Assembly: GCA_963674945.2 (NCBI GenBank)
Contig: CAXXWQ010000004.1
Span: 512,001-576,000 of the forward strand
Direction: 5' to 3'
DNA: 64,000 bases
Source of the DNA: an uncultured Desulfosarcina sp.
GTDB lineage: Bacteria; Desulfobacterota; Desulfobacteria; Desulfobacterales; Desulfosarcinaceae
Of this stretch, positions 19,850 to 29,754 are shown in pieces. The notes beneath the pieces are model-generated. The model ran no database searches. It was not told the DNA's origin and saw nothing but the letters and a program-made list of their open reading frames with translations. The first letter of the stretch is position 1, and every line of letters starts with the position of its first letter. A program made the position numbers and the translations under genes.

Positions 19850-20609
19850 ACAGCAGTTTTCGCTAATGGGAAAAAAGGCCTTAATAACCGGCGGGACTCG
19901 TGGTATCGGCAAGGCCATTGCGATGCGCTTTGCCCGTTCGGGCGCATCGGTTATTGCCAACCATGTGCGTGACGTTAAATCAGCCTCGAAATTTAAAACA
20001 GATATAGACGACGAGGATCTTGACATCCATATTTGCAGGGCAGACGTGACAAGTCAAAAAGGCATCGACAAACTGATTGAATCAGTCCTCCATCGATTTG
20101 GTAAACTATCAATTCTCGTGCATTGTGCGGCGACGGGTATCCATCGTCCAATGGTTGAACTCAGCGTAAGAGAATTTGATTTTGTCTACGCATTGAATGT
20201 AAGGGCTTTTTTCGACATTGTCCTTCGATTGATACCGACTTTTGAAAATAAAGGAGGGAGCATACTGGCGATATCCTCTGAGGGTGCCGTCCGTGTTGTA
20301 CCTCAATATTCATTAGTCGGATCTTCAAAAGGAGCGTTGGAATCGTTGGTTCGGCATATGGCTATTGATTTTGCACAACTCAGTATTCGTGTCAATACAA
20401 TCTCCGCCGGTTCGGTAATGACAGATGCATGGAAGGTTCTACCCAACGCCGAGCAACGTCTGACAGAAGCTTGTGATCGTTCACCGCGTAATCGGCTCAC
20501 GACACCTGATGAAATCGCATACGTTGCACAATTCCTCTGTTCAGAAGCTTCAGACGGTATCGTTGGACAAACCATCGTTGTGGACGGAGGGACGAGTATC
20601 GTTTCATAA
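19842..20609 (+). CDS. SDR oxidoreductase, FabL-like enoyl-ACP reductase
   Basis: TGGTRGIG; YxxxxxxK spacing (YSLVGSSK) as in FabL. Confidence 0.75.
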   Translation: MSEQQFSLMGKKALITGGTRGIGKAIAMRFARSGASVIANHVRDVKSASKFKTDIDDEDLDIHICRADVTSQKGIDKLIESVLHRFGKLSILVHCAATGIHRPMVELSVREFDFVYALNVRAFFDIVLRLIPTFENKGGSILAISSEGAVRVVPQYSLVGSSKGALESLVRHMAIDFAQLSIRVNTISAGSVMTDAWKVLPNAEQRLTEACDRSPRNRLTTPDEIAYVAQFLCSEASDGIVGQTIVVDGGTSIVS

Positions 20610-20667
20610 ACAAAACAATGGAAGTATTGACCCCTTGCAATAGAAGTAAGGAAATGGATAATCTCGA

Positions 20668-21762
20668 ATGCTTACCGAGAAACCTCGTCTGCCGGTTCGT
20701 GAAATTCTCCTTATAGGCTTTTTGCCTTCACCCTTAAAAAAGTTAATATATCGCCTCAAAGGTTATCGTTTTGGTAAAAGTGTTTCTATCGGAATCGGTG
20801 CTGTTATATGCGCGCGGCAGGTTGTTATCGGCGACAATTCTCAAATTGGTTTTTTTTCAATAATCCGCGGTGAACGCATACGGATTGGATCTCATGTCAA
20901 AATAGGTGCCACAACGTTTATTGATACGCCCTATCTGGAAATTGGAGACGAGACTAAAATCAACGAGCAGGTTTTTATCGGCGGGTTACAGTTTCCAAAT
21001 GCGTCAATTAAAATAGGCCGAAACTGTCAGATCATGCAAATGTCATTCATCAATCCCACCCGATCGATCACCATCGGCGACGATACGGGAATCGGTGGAC
21101 ACAGTCTTATTTTTGGACACACGTCCTGGCTAAGTCAGTTTGAAGGCTATCCTGTTGAATTTGCGGATATAGAGATTGGCAACAGTGTTTCCATCGCCTG
21201 GCGTGTGTTTGTCCTTCCGGGAACCAAAATCGGTGATGGTGCAGTAGTGGGTGCCAATTCTCTGGTCCATCGAATAATCCCCCCTCGCTGTTTGGCAGTA
21301 GGCTTCCCAGCTAGAGTGGTTTCCAAAACACCTGAGTTTCCCAAACCAATGACATATGATGACAAAAAGAGACTTTTAAGACACGTTGTTAATGAATTCA
21401 TACATTTTCTTCAAGATTCTCATATTATTACACGTACCATTGAAGATGGTTTATACGAAATCAAGCAATCCCGCCGAATGGCACTTTTTCTGAGACGAAA
21501 AAACACCTGGCAGATGAGGGTATTTTATGACCCAATAGAAGCGATGCCAACCGCCAGGTGCAAGCACCCTTCGGTTTTCTTGTGTTTGGGACCTATCAAA
21601 GATGAAGTGAGAAAAGACATTGAGGCAATAGGTTATATGTGGATCGATATAGAGAACAAAACGCGTAGTGACTACGGCAATCCACTGGGTGAAGAGGTTG
21701 TTCAGTATTTAAAACGTTATGGTGTTCGTCTAGTCAGATACAAAGCGTTGATAGCCAATTAG
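20668..21762 (+). CDS. Hexapeptide-repeat (LbH) acyltransferase with C-terminal extension
   Basis: Extended LbH repeats, LPGTKIGDGAVVGANS, AVGFPARVV. Confidence 0.8.
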   Translation: MLTEKPRLPVREILLIGFLPSPLKKLIYRLKGYRFGKSVSIGIGAVICARQVVIGDNSQIGFFSIIRGERIRIGSHVKIGATTFIDTPYLEIGDETKINEQVFIGGLQFPNASIKIGRNCQIMQMSFINPTRSITIGDDTGIGGHSLIFGHTSWLSQFEGYPVEFADIEIGNSVSIAWRVFVLPGTKIGDGAVVGANSLVHRIIPPRCLAVGFPARVVSKTPEFPKPMTYDDKKRLLRHVVNEFIHFLQDSHIITRTIEDGLYEIKQSRRMALFLRRKNTWQMRVFYDPIEAMPTARCKHPSVFLCLGPIKDEVRKDIEAIGYMWIDIENKTRSDYGNPLGEEVVQYLKRYGVRLVRYKALIAN

Positions 21763-21779
21763 GCAAGATCATTTTATCA

Positions 21780-23138
21780 GTGAAAAGAAGATTTTTTCTT
21801 AAGCAGTTGATTCAATACCTATCCTCATTGGCGCTCTTTCCCAATCGCATGGTCAGCGCAAAATCGACAGGACGCCCTCATTTGAAACAAAATCCTCGAG
21901 CAGTTGTATACCGGGCGTTAAATGGAAAGCCGGATCAAAATATTTTTAAAGTAATAGAACTGATGGGAGGGATTGATCAATTTGTTGGTGTAAATGATGT
22001 GGTCGCCATAAAACCGAATGTTCAGTGGTGGAACCATGGCGTACCCAATTTGAGCGCTGTCAAAATGCTTGTGGATATAATATTCAATCGAAGCGGTGGG
22101 TTCGACGGTGAAGTAGTGATTTTTGAAAACGTCCATCGTGGCAATTTACCTTGGAAACATGCAGGATGGGCACGAAATTTCGATCATAATTCAGACATAG
22201 AAGAGATAAAGAATTATAATGACTTGTGCGGTCATTTAAAGGATAAATATGGCGATTGCTTCTCCACTATACATTTAATTAACCGTAAAGATGGCGGCAA
22301 GCGAGTTTATAGCCCATCCGAGGGTGCCGGATATGTTTATTGTGACGGCACCGGTGGCCAACCGTTGCTTTCTATGGACAATGGTTCCAATAACGATCAT
22401 TTCCGAAGAGTCATTATGACATATCCAATTTTTAAAACGGACAATGGAACCGTTGTGGACTTTAAAAATGGGGTTTGGGAATCCGATGAATATTCAAAAA
22501 AAAAGCAAGTCAGATTCATCAACATTGCCGGAATTAATCACCATAGTACGTGGTGTGGGATTAGCAGTACGATTAAGAATTATCTTGGCGTCTGTGATCT
22601 AAGTGGTGGACCTGATCCCGATCAAGACGGAAAGTTGATTGATGATTGCTATAATTTTCATTCGTTTGCTTTCGACAAATGGGCTCCTGGCCCTGAAAAA
22701 GGAATGATCGGTGCAGAGATTGGTGTATTTATGGAAAAAATTCGCAGAGCTGATCTGAATATAGTTACTGCGGAATGGGTAGGACTGGCCGATCGCACAG
22801 TCCCTCCCGTTTCACATACTAGGTGTGTAGCCGCTTCTACCGATCCGGTTGCGTTGGATTATCACTGTTCAAAGTATATCCTCCATTCAAATTCCAAGAT
22901 TATGTTTCATGACCCTGATAATTTGGACAGCCCAACGCATCAATACGTCAAAACCTGTTCTGATCACGGTGGTGGAATTTTCAACGAAAATTATGTCAGA
23001 TTAGTGGCCTTTGATCACAATATTAATCTGGTGCAGAAAGGAAGTGAAGCTGCTATTATTGGTGATATATACTGGGGAAATAACATAAAATATATATTTA
23101 AGTTCTTATTGATGCGCTATTTTTATTTCATTTTATAA
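21780..23138 (+). CDS. DUF362-family protein with twin-arginine-like N-terminus
   Basis: KRRFFLK, VAIKPN, STIKNYLG, STDPVALD. Confidence 0.65.
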   Translation: MKRRFFLKQLIQYLSSLALFPNRMVSAKSTGRPHLKQNPRAVVYRALNGKPDQNIFKVIELMGGIDQFVGVNDVVAIKPNVQWWNHGVPNLSAVKMLVDIIFNRSGGFDGEVVIFENVHRGNLPWKHAGWARNFDHNSDIEEIKNYNDLCGHLKDKYGDCFSTIHLINRKDGGKRVYSPSEGAGYVYCDGTGGQPLLSMDNGSNNDHFRRVIMTYPIFKTDNGTVVDFKNGVWESDEYSKKKQVRFINIAGINHHSTWCGISSTIKNYLGVCDLSGGPDPDQDGKLIDDCYNFHSFAFDKWAPGPEKGMIGAEIGVFMEKIRRADLNIVTAEWVGLADRTVPPVSHTRCVAASTDPVALDYHCSKYILHSNSKIMFHDPDNLDSPTHQYVKTCSDHGGGIFNENYVRLVAFDHNINLVQKGSEAAIIGDIYWGNNIKYIFKFLLMRYFYFIL

Positions 23139-23178
23139 TTTTGTGAAATATTTCAAATAAATTCTAAATATTTTTATC

Positions 23179-24744
23179 GTACGCATTCACAGGGTAACAC
23201 CCATTGGATTAAATCCAGGAAAGGTTTGGCTCTAAATTTCGAAAATAGGAAGTAATGCACTCCACGAGAAAAGGAAAAGTCTGCTTTGCTTGTAAGCGAC
23301 AGGTTTCTTTCAGTGACAATATCCGCTCAACCCAACGGTTTCCTTTCTCGCTTTGGGTGCCAAGGCTTCGTTTCCGCCACAATACACCAAAGCGTAGCGC
23401 TCTTTCGGCACGATTGTTTGTGGGATCGACGCCCTTGTGATCCATAAACACCCATAGGTTGTTCATTTCCCGGATGATCTGCCGAGCGAGTTTTCCTGCA
23501 TCCGTTTTATCGGGTTCCCAAAGGGACACGGTAAACAAGAAGAATGTATAAAAATCCGACCATTGCTTTGGGTCGGGTGGCTCTTTGGCAAACGATACCA
23601 GTTGTCTCAACCAAGCGGCGACGATTTCTCCGAAGCGACGTAAATCCGGCTTCTTTCTCTCCGCCAGAGAATCGGCCTTACGGATTAGATGAGCCAGGCA
23701 CGTCTGGCGGTGAACCCATTTTTGATACAGGCCGTAACCGTCGCTGACCAGAATGCCGTTCCAGTCCTGGATGAGTGCTTCGAAAGCCACCTTGGAGCGA
23801 TGCGGGTCTATGCGATAGAAAGCAACCCGCTCGTTGACCATGGCCCACAGCCAGTGCAGATCGTTTTCTGTAAACCAGGAGGTCTCATCGATATAATTGC
23901 ACCAGAAACTTCTGGCGATACCCCCGATACGTTCATACACAGGCAAAATCGCCATTGAAGTGCGGTCAACGATTTTTTGGATCGTCCCCGTAGCAATGGG
24001 AATGTCTAACACAGAGTCGCATAACTGCTTTACGTCCATTCGGCTCATCCCTTTAATACCGCTTAATTCACCAACAAATGCGGTAAATCGGGGACCGTAT
24101 CCGCTCGACAGGGCAGATGGCAGCTTGGCTTTGACAACCTTCCCGCAATTGGGGCAATCGCACTTGTGCAGAATATAGTGGCTGACTTCCATTTCGATTT
24201 TGGGAAGTTCGATCTGTTGATGGGTGTAAAAAGGCTTCATCTTTTCCTGATCGAACACCGAATGACCACAACTGCAGCATTTTGGCATCAACGAATGTTG
24301 CTTTGTCGGCTCGAGCAGTTGTTGCTGGTGCGGTTTGTGTCCTTTTTGTCCGCCTTTGGATCGCTTGCTCTTTTTCTGTTTTCTTTTCTGCTTGCTAAAA
24401 GGCGGATCGGATGAGGGCGGTTTACTGGAATTACGAGAATTCATTTTGGTCTGGACTTCAAGTTTCTCTATGCGTTTTTCATGGGTCTCAACCCATTTTT
24501 GCATATCATGAAGCGCCTGTTCCAGATATAGGATGTAATTTCTCACCGCCTCTGGTGTCAGTTGCCAATCGAGTTCTGAAAATGGTCTTTTGAGTGCCAT
24601 GAAAAGCACTCTAACATAGTTAAAAGAAAAAATCTAGATTTATTTTAAATTATTTCAGGCAGTTACGGTGCACACAATTTATGCTTTGTTTTCAATGGGT
24701 TAAAGGCCATGATGTCAGCCCTAAAATGCCCCGTGAACGGTTAC
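23179..24744 (-). mobile_element. IS66-family insertion sequence, single-ORF type (1566 bp)
   Basis: Imperfect terminal IRs gtacgcattcacaggg / ccccgtgaacggttac; exact 8-bp TSD TTTTTATC at 23171-23178 and 24745-24752. Confidence 0.9.
23209..24609 (-). CDS. IS66-family transposase
   Basis: NSRNSSKPPSSD, zinc ribbon, IDET, SDGYG, CLAHLIR, TNNRAERALR. Confidence 0.95.
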   Translation of the reverse strand: MLFMALKRPFSELDWQLTPEAVRNYILYLEQALHDMQKWVETHEKRIEKLEVQTKMNSRNSSKPPSSDPPFSKQKRKQKKSKRSKGGQKGHKPHQQQLLEPTKQHSLMPKCCSCGHSVFDQEKMKPFYTHQQIELPKIEMEVSHYILHKCDCPNCGKVVKAKLPSALSSGYGPRFTAFVGELSGIKGMSRMDVKQLCDSVLDIPIATGTIQKIVDRTSMAILPVYERIGGIARSFWCNYIDETSWFTENDLHWLWAMVNERVAFYRIDPHRSKVAFEALIQDWNGILVSDGYGLYQKWVHRQTCLAHLIRKADSLAERKKPDLRRFGEIVAAWLRQLVSFAKEPPDPKQWSDFYTFFLFTVSLWEPDKTDAGKLARQIIREMNNLWVFMDHKGVDPTNNRAERALRFGVLWRKRSLGTQSEKGNRWVERILSLKETCRLQAKQTFPFLVECITSYFRNLEPNLSWI

Positions 24745-24829
24745 TTTTTATCAATCTGCAAATCATTATGATTTTGTATTTATATATATTTTAATCTATT
24801 TTTCAGTTTTAGACTTAACTAGGGAGTTT

Positions 24830-25876
24830 ATGTTTCAATTTTCTATCGAAAGTGAAAAAGATATGAGTGAATGGGATAATTATGTATTCTCTCATCCACT
24901 TGCTACACCATTCCATTTATCTTCATGGCTTAATACTATTTACCATACCTATAAATTTTATCCACTATTGTTTGTGAACAGAGATTCTGAAAAAAATATA
25001 TCAGGTATTTTTCCTTCATTTTATATAAATAGCGTTTTAAATGGTAAAAGGATTGTTTCAATTCCATTTTCAGATTATGGTGGACCTTTATGTACTGATA
25101 ATTCAAAGATGGCTGAATATGCAAACTTTTTAATTGATAATTATAGAAATCGTGTCAAGTATTTTGAATTTCGATGCTCATTTTCTCTTAACAATAAAAG
25201 CACATATAATAATTTTTATAAAAAACATATTCTTGAATTATCGAAAGACCCCAGTGAAATAAAAAGTAAATTAAATAAACGAACAATTCAATATTCAATC
25301 AGAAAAGCTTCAGATGCAGGGGTAGTGATAAAAGAAGATAATACAGTGAATGGATTATTAGAATTTTTCAGGCTGAATTATTTAACGCGAAAAAAGCATG
25401 GTGTTCCAACGCAACCCAAAAAATACTTTAATACTTTATTTCAGAATGTAATTAAAAATAATTTGGGTCAAATATATTTAGCATATATTAATAATAAAAT
25501 AATTGCAGCTTCATTATTTTTAATTTTTAGAGACACTATACATTATAAATATAATGCATCGGATCCTAAAAATTTGAAGGAATTCAAACCGAATCATTTG
25601 CTAACATGGAAAGCTATCGAAAAAGCTTGTATCGATGGTTATAAGTATTTTGATTTCGGTAGGACCGCTATTTCCAATAAAGGCTTAATGAGATACAAAA
25701 AGATGTGGGGGGCCATTCCAAGAGATTGTGAATATAGTTATTATCCTGAAGCAATGGGCGTAAACTCAATAGATGAAAATAAATTTATTTATAAAATATT
25801 AACTAATTCATGGAGATTACTACCGAACTTTATTGATCAAAAAATAAGCAATGTCCTTTATAAACATATGGCCTAA
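24830..25876 (+). CDS. FemAB-related GNAT-fold protein (polysaccharide-associated, Acetyltransf_6)
   Basis: EWDNYVFSHP..TPFH, SIPFSDYGG, HGVP, PNHLLTW, FDFGRT, YKKMWGA. Confidence 0.85.
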   Translation: MFQFSIESEKDMSEWDNYVFSHPLATPFHLSSWLNTIYHTYKFYPLLFVNRDSEKNISGIFPSFYINSVLNGKRIVSIPFSDYGGPLCTDNSKMAEYANFLIDNYRNRVKYFEFRCSFSLNNKSTYNNFYKKHILELSKDPSEIKSKLNKRTIQYSIRKASDAGVVIKEDNTVNGLLEFFRLNYLTRKKHGVPTQPKKYFNTLFQNVIKNNLGQIYLAYINNKIIAASLFLIFRDTIHYKYNASDPKNLKEFKPNHLLTWKAIEKACIDGYKYFDFGRTAISNKGLMRYKKMWGAIPRDCEYSYYPEAMGVNSIDENKFIYKILTNSWRLLPNFIDQKISNVLYKHMA

Positions 25877-26017
25877 TCCATTGTAGTGGATTACTCTTTT
25901 ATAAATTTTATTTTTAAGACTTCAATATTTATGTTTTTAAAATTTATTTGCATGTTTTCATTGAAGGGACTTAATTTTTTTTGATCAAATTTTCAATTTA
26001 ATTTGGTTAATTATTTA

Positions 26018-26959
26018 ATGTCAAAAGCAGTCAATTCTTTTTACTATCATATCAAACCTCTTATTCCTCGTAGACTTCAGATATTTTTCAGAAGCTCAAT
26101 AATTAATTTAAATCGAAAAAAATATAGTGATAAATGGCCGATACTTCAACATGCCAATGGCCGGCCAAAGGGATTTCCAGGATGGCCTGAACAAAAACGA
26201 TTTGCACTGGTTCTAACTCATGACGTTGATACAGCATCCGGGCAAGCAAAAAGCATTAAATTGATGAAATTAGAGGAACAACTAGGATTTTACTCTTCTT
26301 TCTTTTTTGTTCCTAAGCGTTATAAATTTGACGATAATATCCTTAATCTGTTGACCAAACATGGATTTGAAGTCGGAGTTCATGGCCTATATCATGATGG
26401 CAAATTGTATAAATCAAAAAAAATATTTGAAAAACGTTCAATTGAAATTAACCATTATTTAGATATATGGAACGCATGTGGGTTTCGTTCGCCCTCAATG
26501 CATCACCATTTAGAATGGATTCATTTATTAAACGTAGTTTATGATTCATCTACTTTCGATACTGATCCATTCGAACCACAGCCAGATGGTTGCGCAAAAA
26601 TCTATCCTTATTGGATTCAGAATGCCTCGAAAAGCAAAGGGTATATAGAACTCCCTTACACATTGCCTCAGGATTTTACTGTTTTTGTCCTAATGCGTGA
26701 TTATAATTTTTCAATTTGGAAAAAAAAGTTGCATTGGCTTGTTAATAAAGGAGCGATGGTACTCTTGAACACCCACCCGGATTATATGTCCTTTAGTAAT
26801 GAAAAAAGATATGATGAATATCATGCATATTTATATCATGATTTTTTGGAATATATAAAAAATAGATATTCTGATCAATATTGGCTTGCTCTTCCAAAGG
26901 ATATTGCAAAATTTTGGAAAAAAATTCTTATCAGCAAAGAAGAATCTAAGATAACTTAA
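26018..26959 (+). CDS. Polysaccharide deacetylase-family protein
   Basis: LTHDVD, EVGVHG.YH, GFRSP, YDSS, HPDY. Confidence 0.8.
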   Translation: MSKAVNSFYYHIKPLIPRRLQIFFRSSIINLNRKKYSDKWPILQHANGRPKGFPGWPEQKRFALVLTHDVDTASGQAKSIKLMKLEEQLGFYSSFFFVPKRYKFDDNILNLLTKHGFEVGVHGLYHDGKLYKSKKIFEKRSIEINHYLDIWNACGFRSPSMHHHLEWIHLLNVVYDSSTFDTDPFEPQPDGCAKIYPYWIQNASKSKGYIELPYTLPQDFTVFVLMRDYNFSIWKKKLHWLVNKGAMVLLNTHPDYMSFSNEKRYDEYHAYLYHDFLEYIKNRYSDQYWLALPKDIAKFWKKILISKEESKIT

Positions 26960-27230
26960 CAAAAATAATTAAATTCAGTCTCTTCAAATTTATGCATATA
27001 ACTTTTACTTAATTTTCGAACTCTTGTAAGAGTTCAAACAATATTTTTTATCCATAGATAATTACAGTAAACTATTTTTAAAAGTTTTTTAATAATTTCT
27101 TACTTCTATTTATAGTTAGTTATTAGATCCATAATAAGAAATATTAATCAATAATTCTTTAAATTTTTTATATAAAATATATAACACTTATCAATTATTC
27201 TAATACTAATAAAAGGAAAGTTTAAATTCA

Positions 27231-28292
27231 GTGAAAAATCCAAAAACGATATGGATTGACTTGGAAAACACACCCCATGTATTATTTTTTAATCCGATAA
27301 TTACTGAATTGAAAAAACGAGGATTTCGAGTAGTGACTACTTCACGTGATTTTGGTAAACTTTATGATCTCGCAGATATGTTCCAGATAAAACATACAAA
27401 AATAAGTCATCATTATGGTAAAAACAAATTCTTAAAGGTATGTGGCCTAATAATACGTTCTATTCATCTTATTTTATTTATAAGAAGAATTAAGCCGAAT
27501 TTAGCTCTTAATCACGGTTCACGAACACAAACTCTGGCAGCAAAATTATTAAAAATAAAATGCATAACAGCAATTGACTATGAATACACACAAAGCTTAC
27601 CATTTGTGTGCCCTACTCTAACATTGTTGCCTCAAGTTCTTTATAATAAATCTGTTCATGGGGATTCAAAAGATACTATAGGCTATCCTGGAATAAAAGA
27701 AGACGTATATATTCGGAATTATATTCCTGATGAGAGAGTGATGAAGGATTTAAGATTAAATAGTGGCGGGATAGTTGTAACTATTCGTCCACCAGCAACT
27801 GAAGCACACTATCATAATAAACAAAGCGATGAATTCTTTAATGAAATTGTAAAATTTTTATCCAAAAATAATAGTGCACAAATTATAATTCTTCCCAGAA
27901 CTAATAAACAAGAAATATCTATTTTAAATAAATATAATAACTTTATTTCAGATGGCAAAATTATAATACCGCAACAAGCATACAATGGTTTGGATGTTAT
28001 ATGGTTCTCAGACCTGGTAATTAGTGGTGGCGGTACAATGATAAGAGAAGCAACTGCACTCGGCGTTCCTGCCTATAGTTTCTTTCAGGGTAAAATAGGC
28101 GCGGTCGATGAATATCTTTCAAAAATTGGGAAACTTGTCCTTCTAAAAAAAATTGAAGAAATACCATTAAAAATAAATTTAATCACTCGAAGACGACCAA
28201 TAAAACCTAATTTTACAAACAATAATACACTAAATTTCATCATAAAAACAATTGAATCTCAACTTAATTCTAATGAATTAAGCTCAAACTAA
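27231..28292 (+). CDS. DUF354 GT-B-fold glycosyltransferase-like protein
   Basis: IWIDLENTPHV, YPGIKE, SGGGTMIREA. Confidence 0.8.
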   Translation: MKNPKTIWIDLENTPHVLFFNPIITELKKRGFRVVTTSRDFGKLYDLADMFQIKHTKISHHYGKNKFLKVCGLIIRSIHLILFIRRIKPNLALNHGSRTQTLAAKLLKIKCITAIDYEYTQSLPFVCPTLTLLPQVLYNKSVHGDSKDTIGYPGIKEDVYIRNYIPDERVMKDLRLNSGGIVVTIRPPATEAHYHNKQSDEFFNEIVKFLSKNNSAQIIILPRTNKQEISILNKYNNFISDGKIIIPQQAYNGLDVIWFSDLVISGGGTMIREATALGVPAYSFFQGKIGAVDEYLSKIGKLVLLKKIEEIPLKINLITRRRPIKPNFTNNNTLNFIIKTIESQLNSNELSSN

Positions 28293-28595
28293 AAATAAAA
28301 TAATTAGGAATTAAACTAAACCTGTATAACTTTTTTTAACAAATCATTCAAAAATCTTTTTAATATTTTCGAGTAAGCTTATATTTTTCGCTGATTATCA
28401 TATCTTGTATATTATACATTTAATTTTTACAAGTTTTTAATGCTTTTTATTTAATTACTTTATGACATTACTAAGTAAATATATATCAAGACAATAAAAT
28501 AAGTTTGCAAATATAAATTTCAACCTTTATTTTTCATAGTTTAATATTATAACATATTTTATGTTGTCTCTAAAATAAAAGGATAATTTCAGTAA

Positions 28596-29696
28596 ATGAG
28601 CAAAAAGAAGTTAATTCATCTAATCGCAGCAGCTAGACCAAATTTTATGAAAATCGGCCCTCTATATCATGCACTCAAAAAGGAAAAGTTAGTAGATCCA
28701 ATTATTGTCCATACTGGGCAACATTATGATTTAAATATGTCGGATGTTTTTTTTAAAGATCTTAATTTACCTACCCCTCAAATTCATTTGGGGATTGGCA
28801 GCGGAACGCATGCTGAGCAAACTGGGAATGTAATGATCGCCTATGAAAAGATATTGAAAATAAATCGACCTGATTTAGTAGTAGTTGTGGGAGATGTAAA
28901 TTCAACTATGGCCACTACATTAGCAGCCAAAAAATTAGATGTAATGGTAGCCCATTTAGAAGCTGGGTTGCGTTCTTTCGATCGAACCATGCCAGAGGAG
29001 ATTAATCGATTAGTCACTGATTCTTTAGCCGACTTATTATGGACACATTCATACGATGCAGATCAGAATTTAATCCGTGAAGGAATCCCACATTCAAAGA
29101 TCAGAATGGTAGGCAATATTATGATCGATTCTTTAGAAATGCTGAGATCTAAAATTGAAAACGAAACTTTTTCTAGTAGATTCAAAACTAAAAACAAAAA
29201 ATATGGCATTGTAACTTTACATCGTCCATCGAATGTAGATAATATAGATAATTTACATAAAATTTGTGATGTATTGTTAAACCTTTCAAAAATGATATCA
29301 TTGGTTTTTCCAATTCATCCAAGAACACTCAAGAGACTAAAAAGTAATGGATTTCTAAGTAGTCTTAAAAACTCGCAGAGTCTTCATTTAGTTGAGCCAT
29401 TAAGTTATATTCGATTTATGAATCTAGTTTATAATAGTAGTCTAATACTTACGGATTCGGGCGGCCTTCAGGAAGAAACAACCTATTTGGGCATTCCCTG
29501 CCTTACAATGCGTCCTAACACAGAACGACCCATTACAGTACAACAAGGAACAAACAGACTGTGCGATGTTGAAAATGTTATTACTTATGCAGAAAAATAT
29601 CTTAAAAGGATTATGAACCACAGTGTTCCCCCACTATGGGATGGTCATACTTCTTGTAGGGTATTACAGTCAATAAAAGAATTTTTATGCATTTAG
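28596..29696 (+). CDS. wecB: UDP-N-acetylglucosamine 2-epimerase (non-hydrolysing; WecB/WbpI type)
   Basis: ARPNFMK, HTGQHYD, HLEAGLRS, TDSGGLQEE. Confidence 0.92.
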   Translation: MSKKKLIHLIAAARPNFMKIGPLYHALKKEKLVDPIIVHTGQHYDLNMSDVFFKDLNLPTPQIHLGIGSGTHAEQTGNVMIAYEKILKINRPDLVVVVGDVNSTMATTLAAKKLDVMVAHLEAGLRSFDRTMPEEINRLVTDSLADLLWTHSYDADQNLIREGIPHSKIRMVGNIMIDSLEMLRSKIENETFSSRFKTKNKKYGIVTLHRPSNVDNIDNLHKICDVLLNLSKMISLVFPIHPRTLKRLKSNGFLSSLKNSQSLHLVEPLSYIRFMNLVYNSSLILTDSGGLQEETTYLGIPCLTMRPNTERPITVQQGTNRLCDVENVITYAEKYLKRIMNHSVPPLWDGHTSCRVLQSIKEFLCI

Positions 29697-29754
29697 GATA
29701 AAATATTCAGATTTTAAATCAACAATTAAATACTATAATTCATCCAAATAAACA

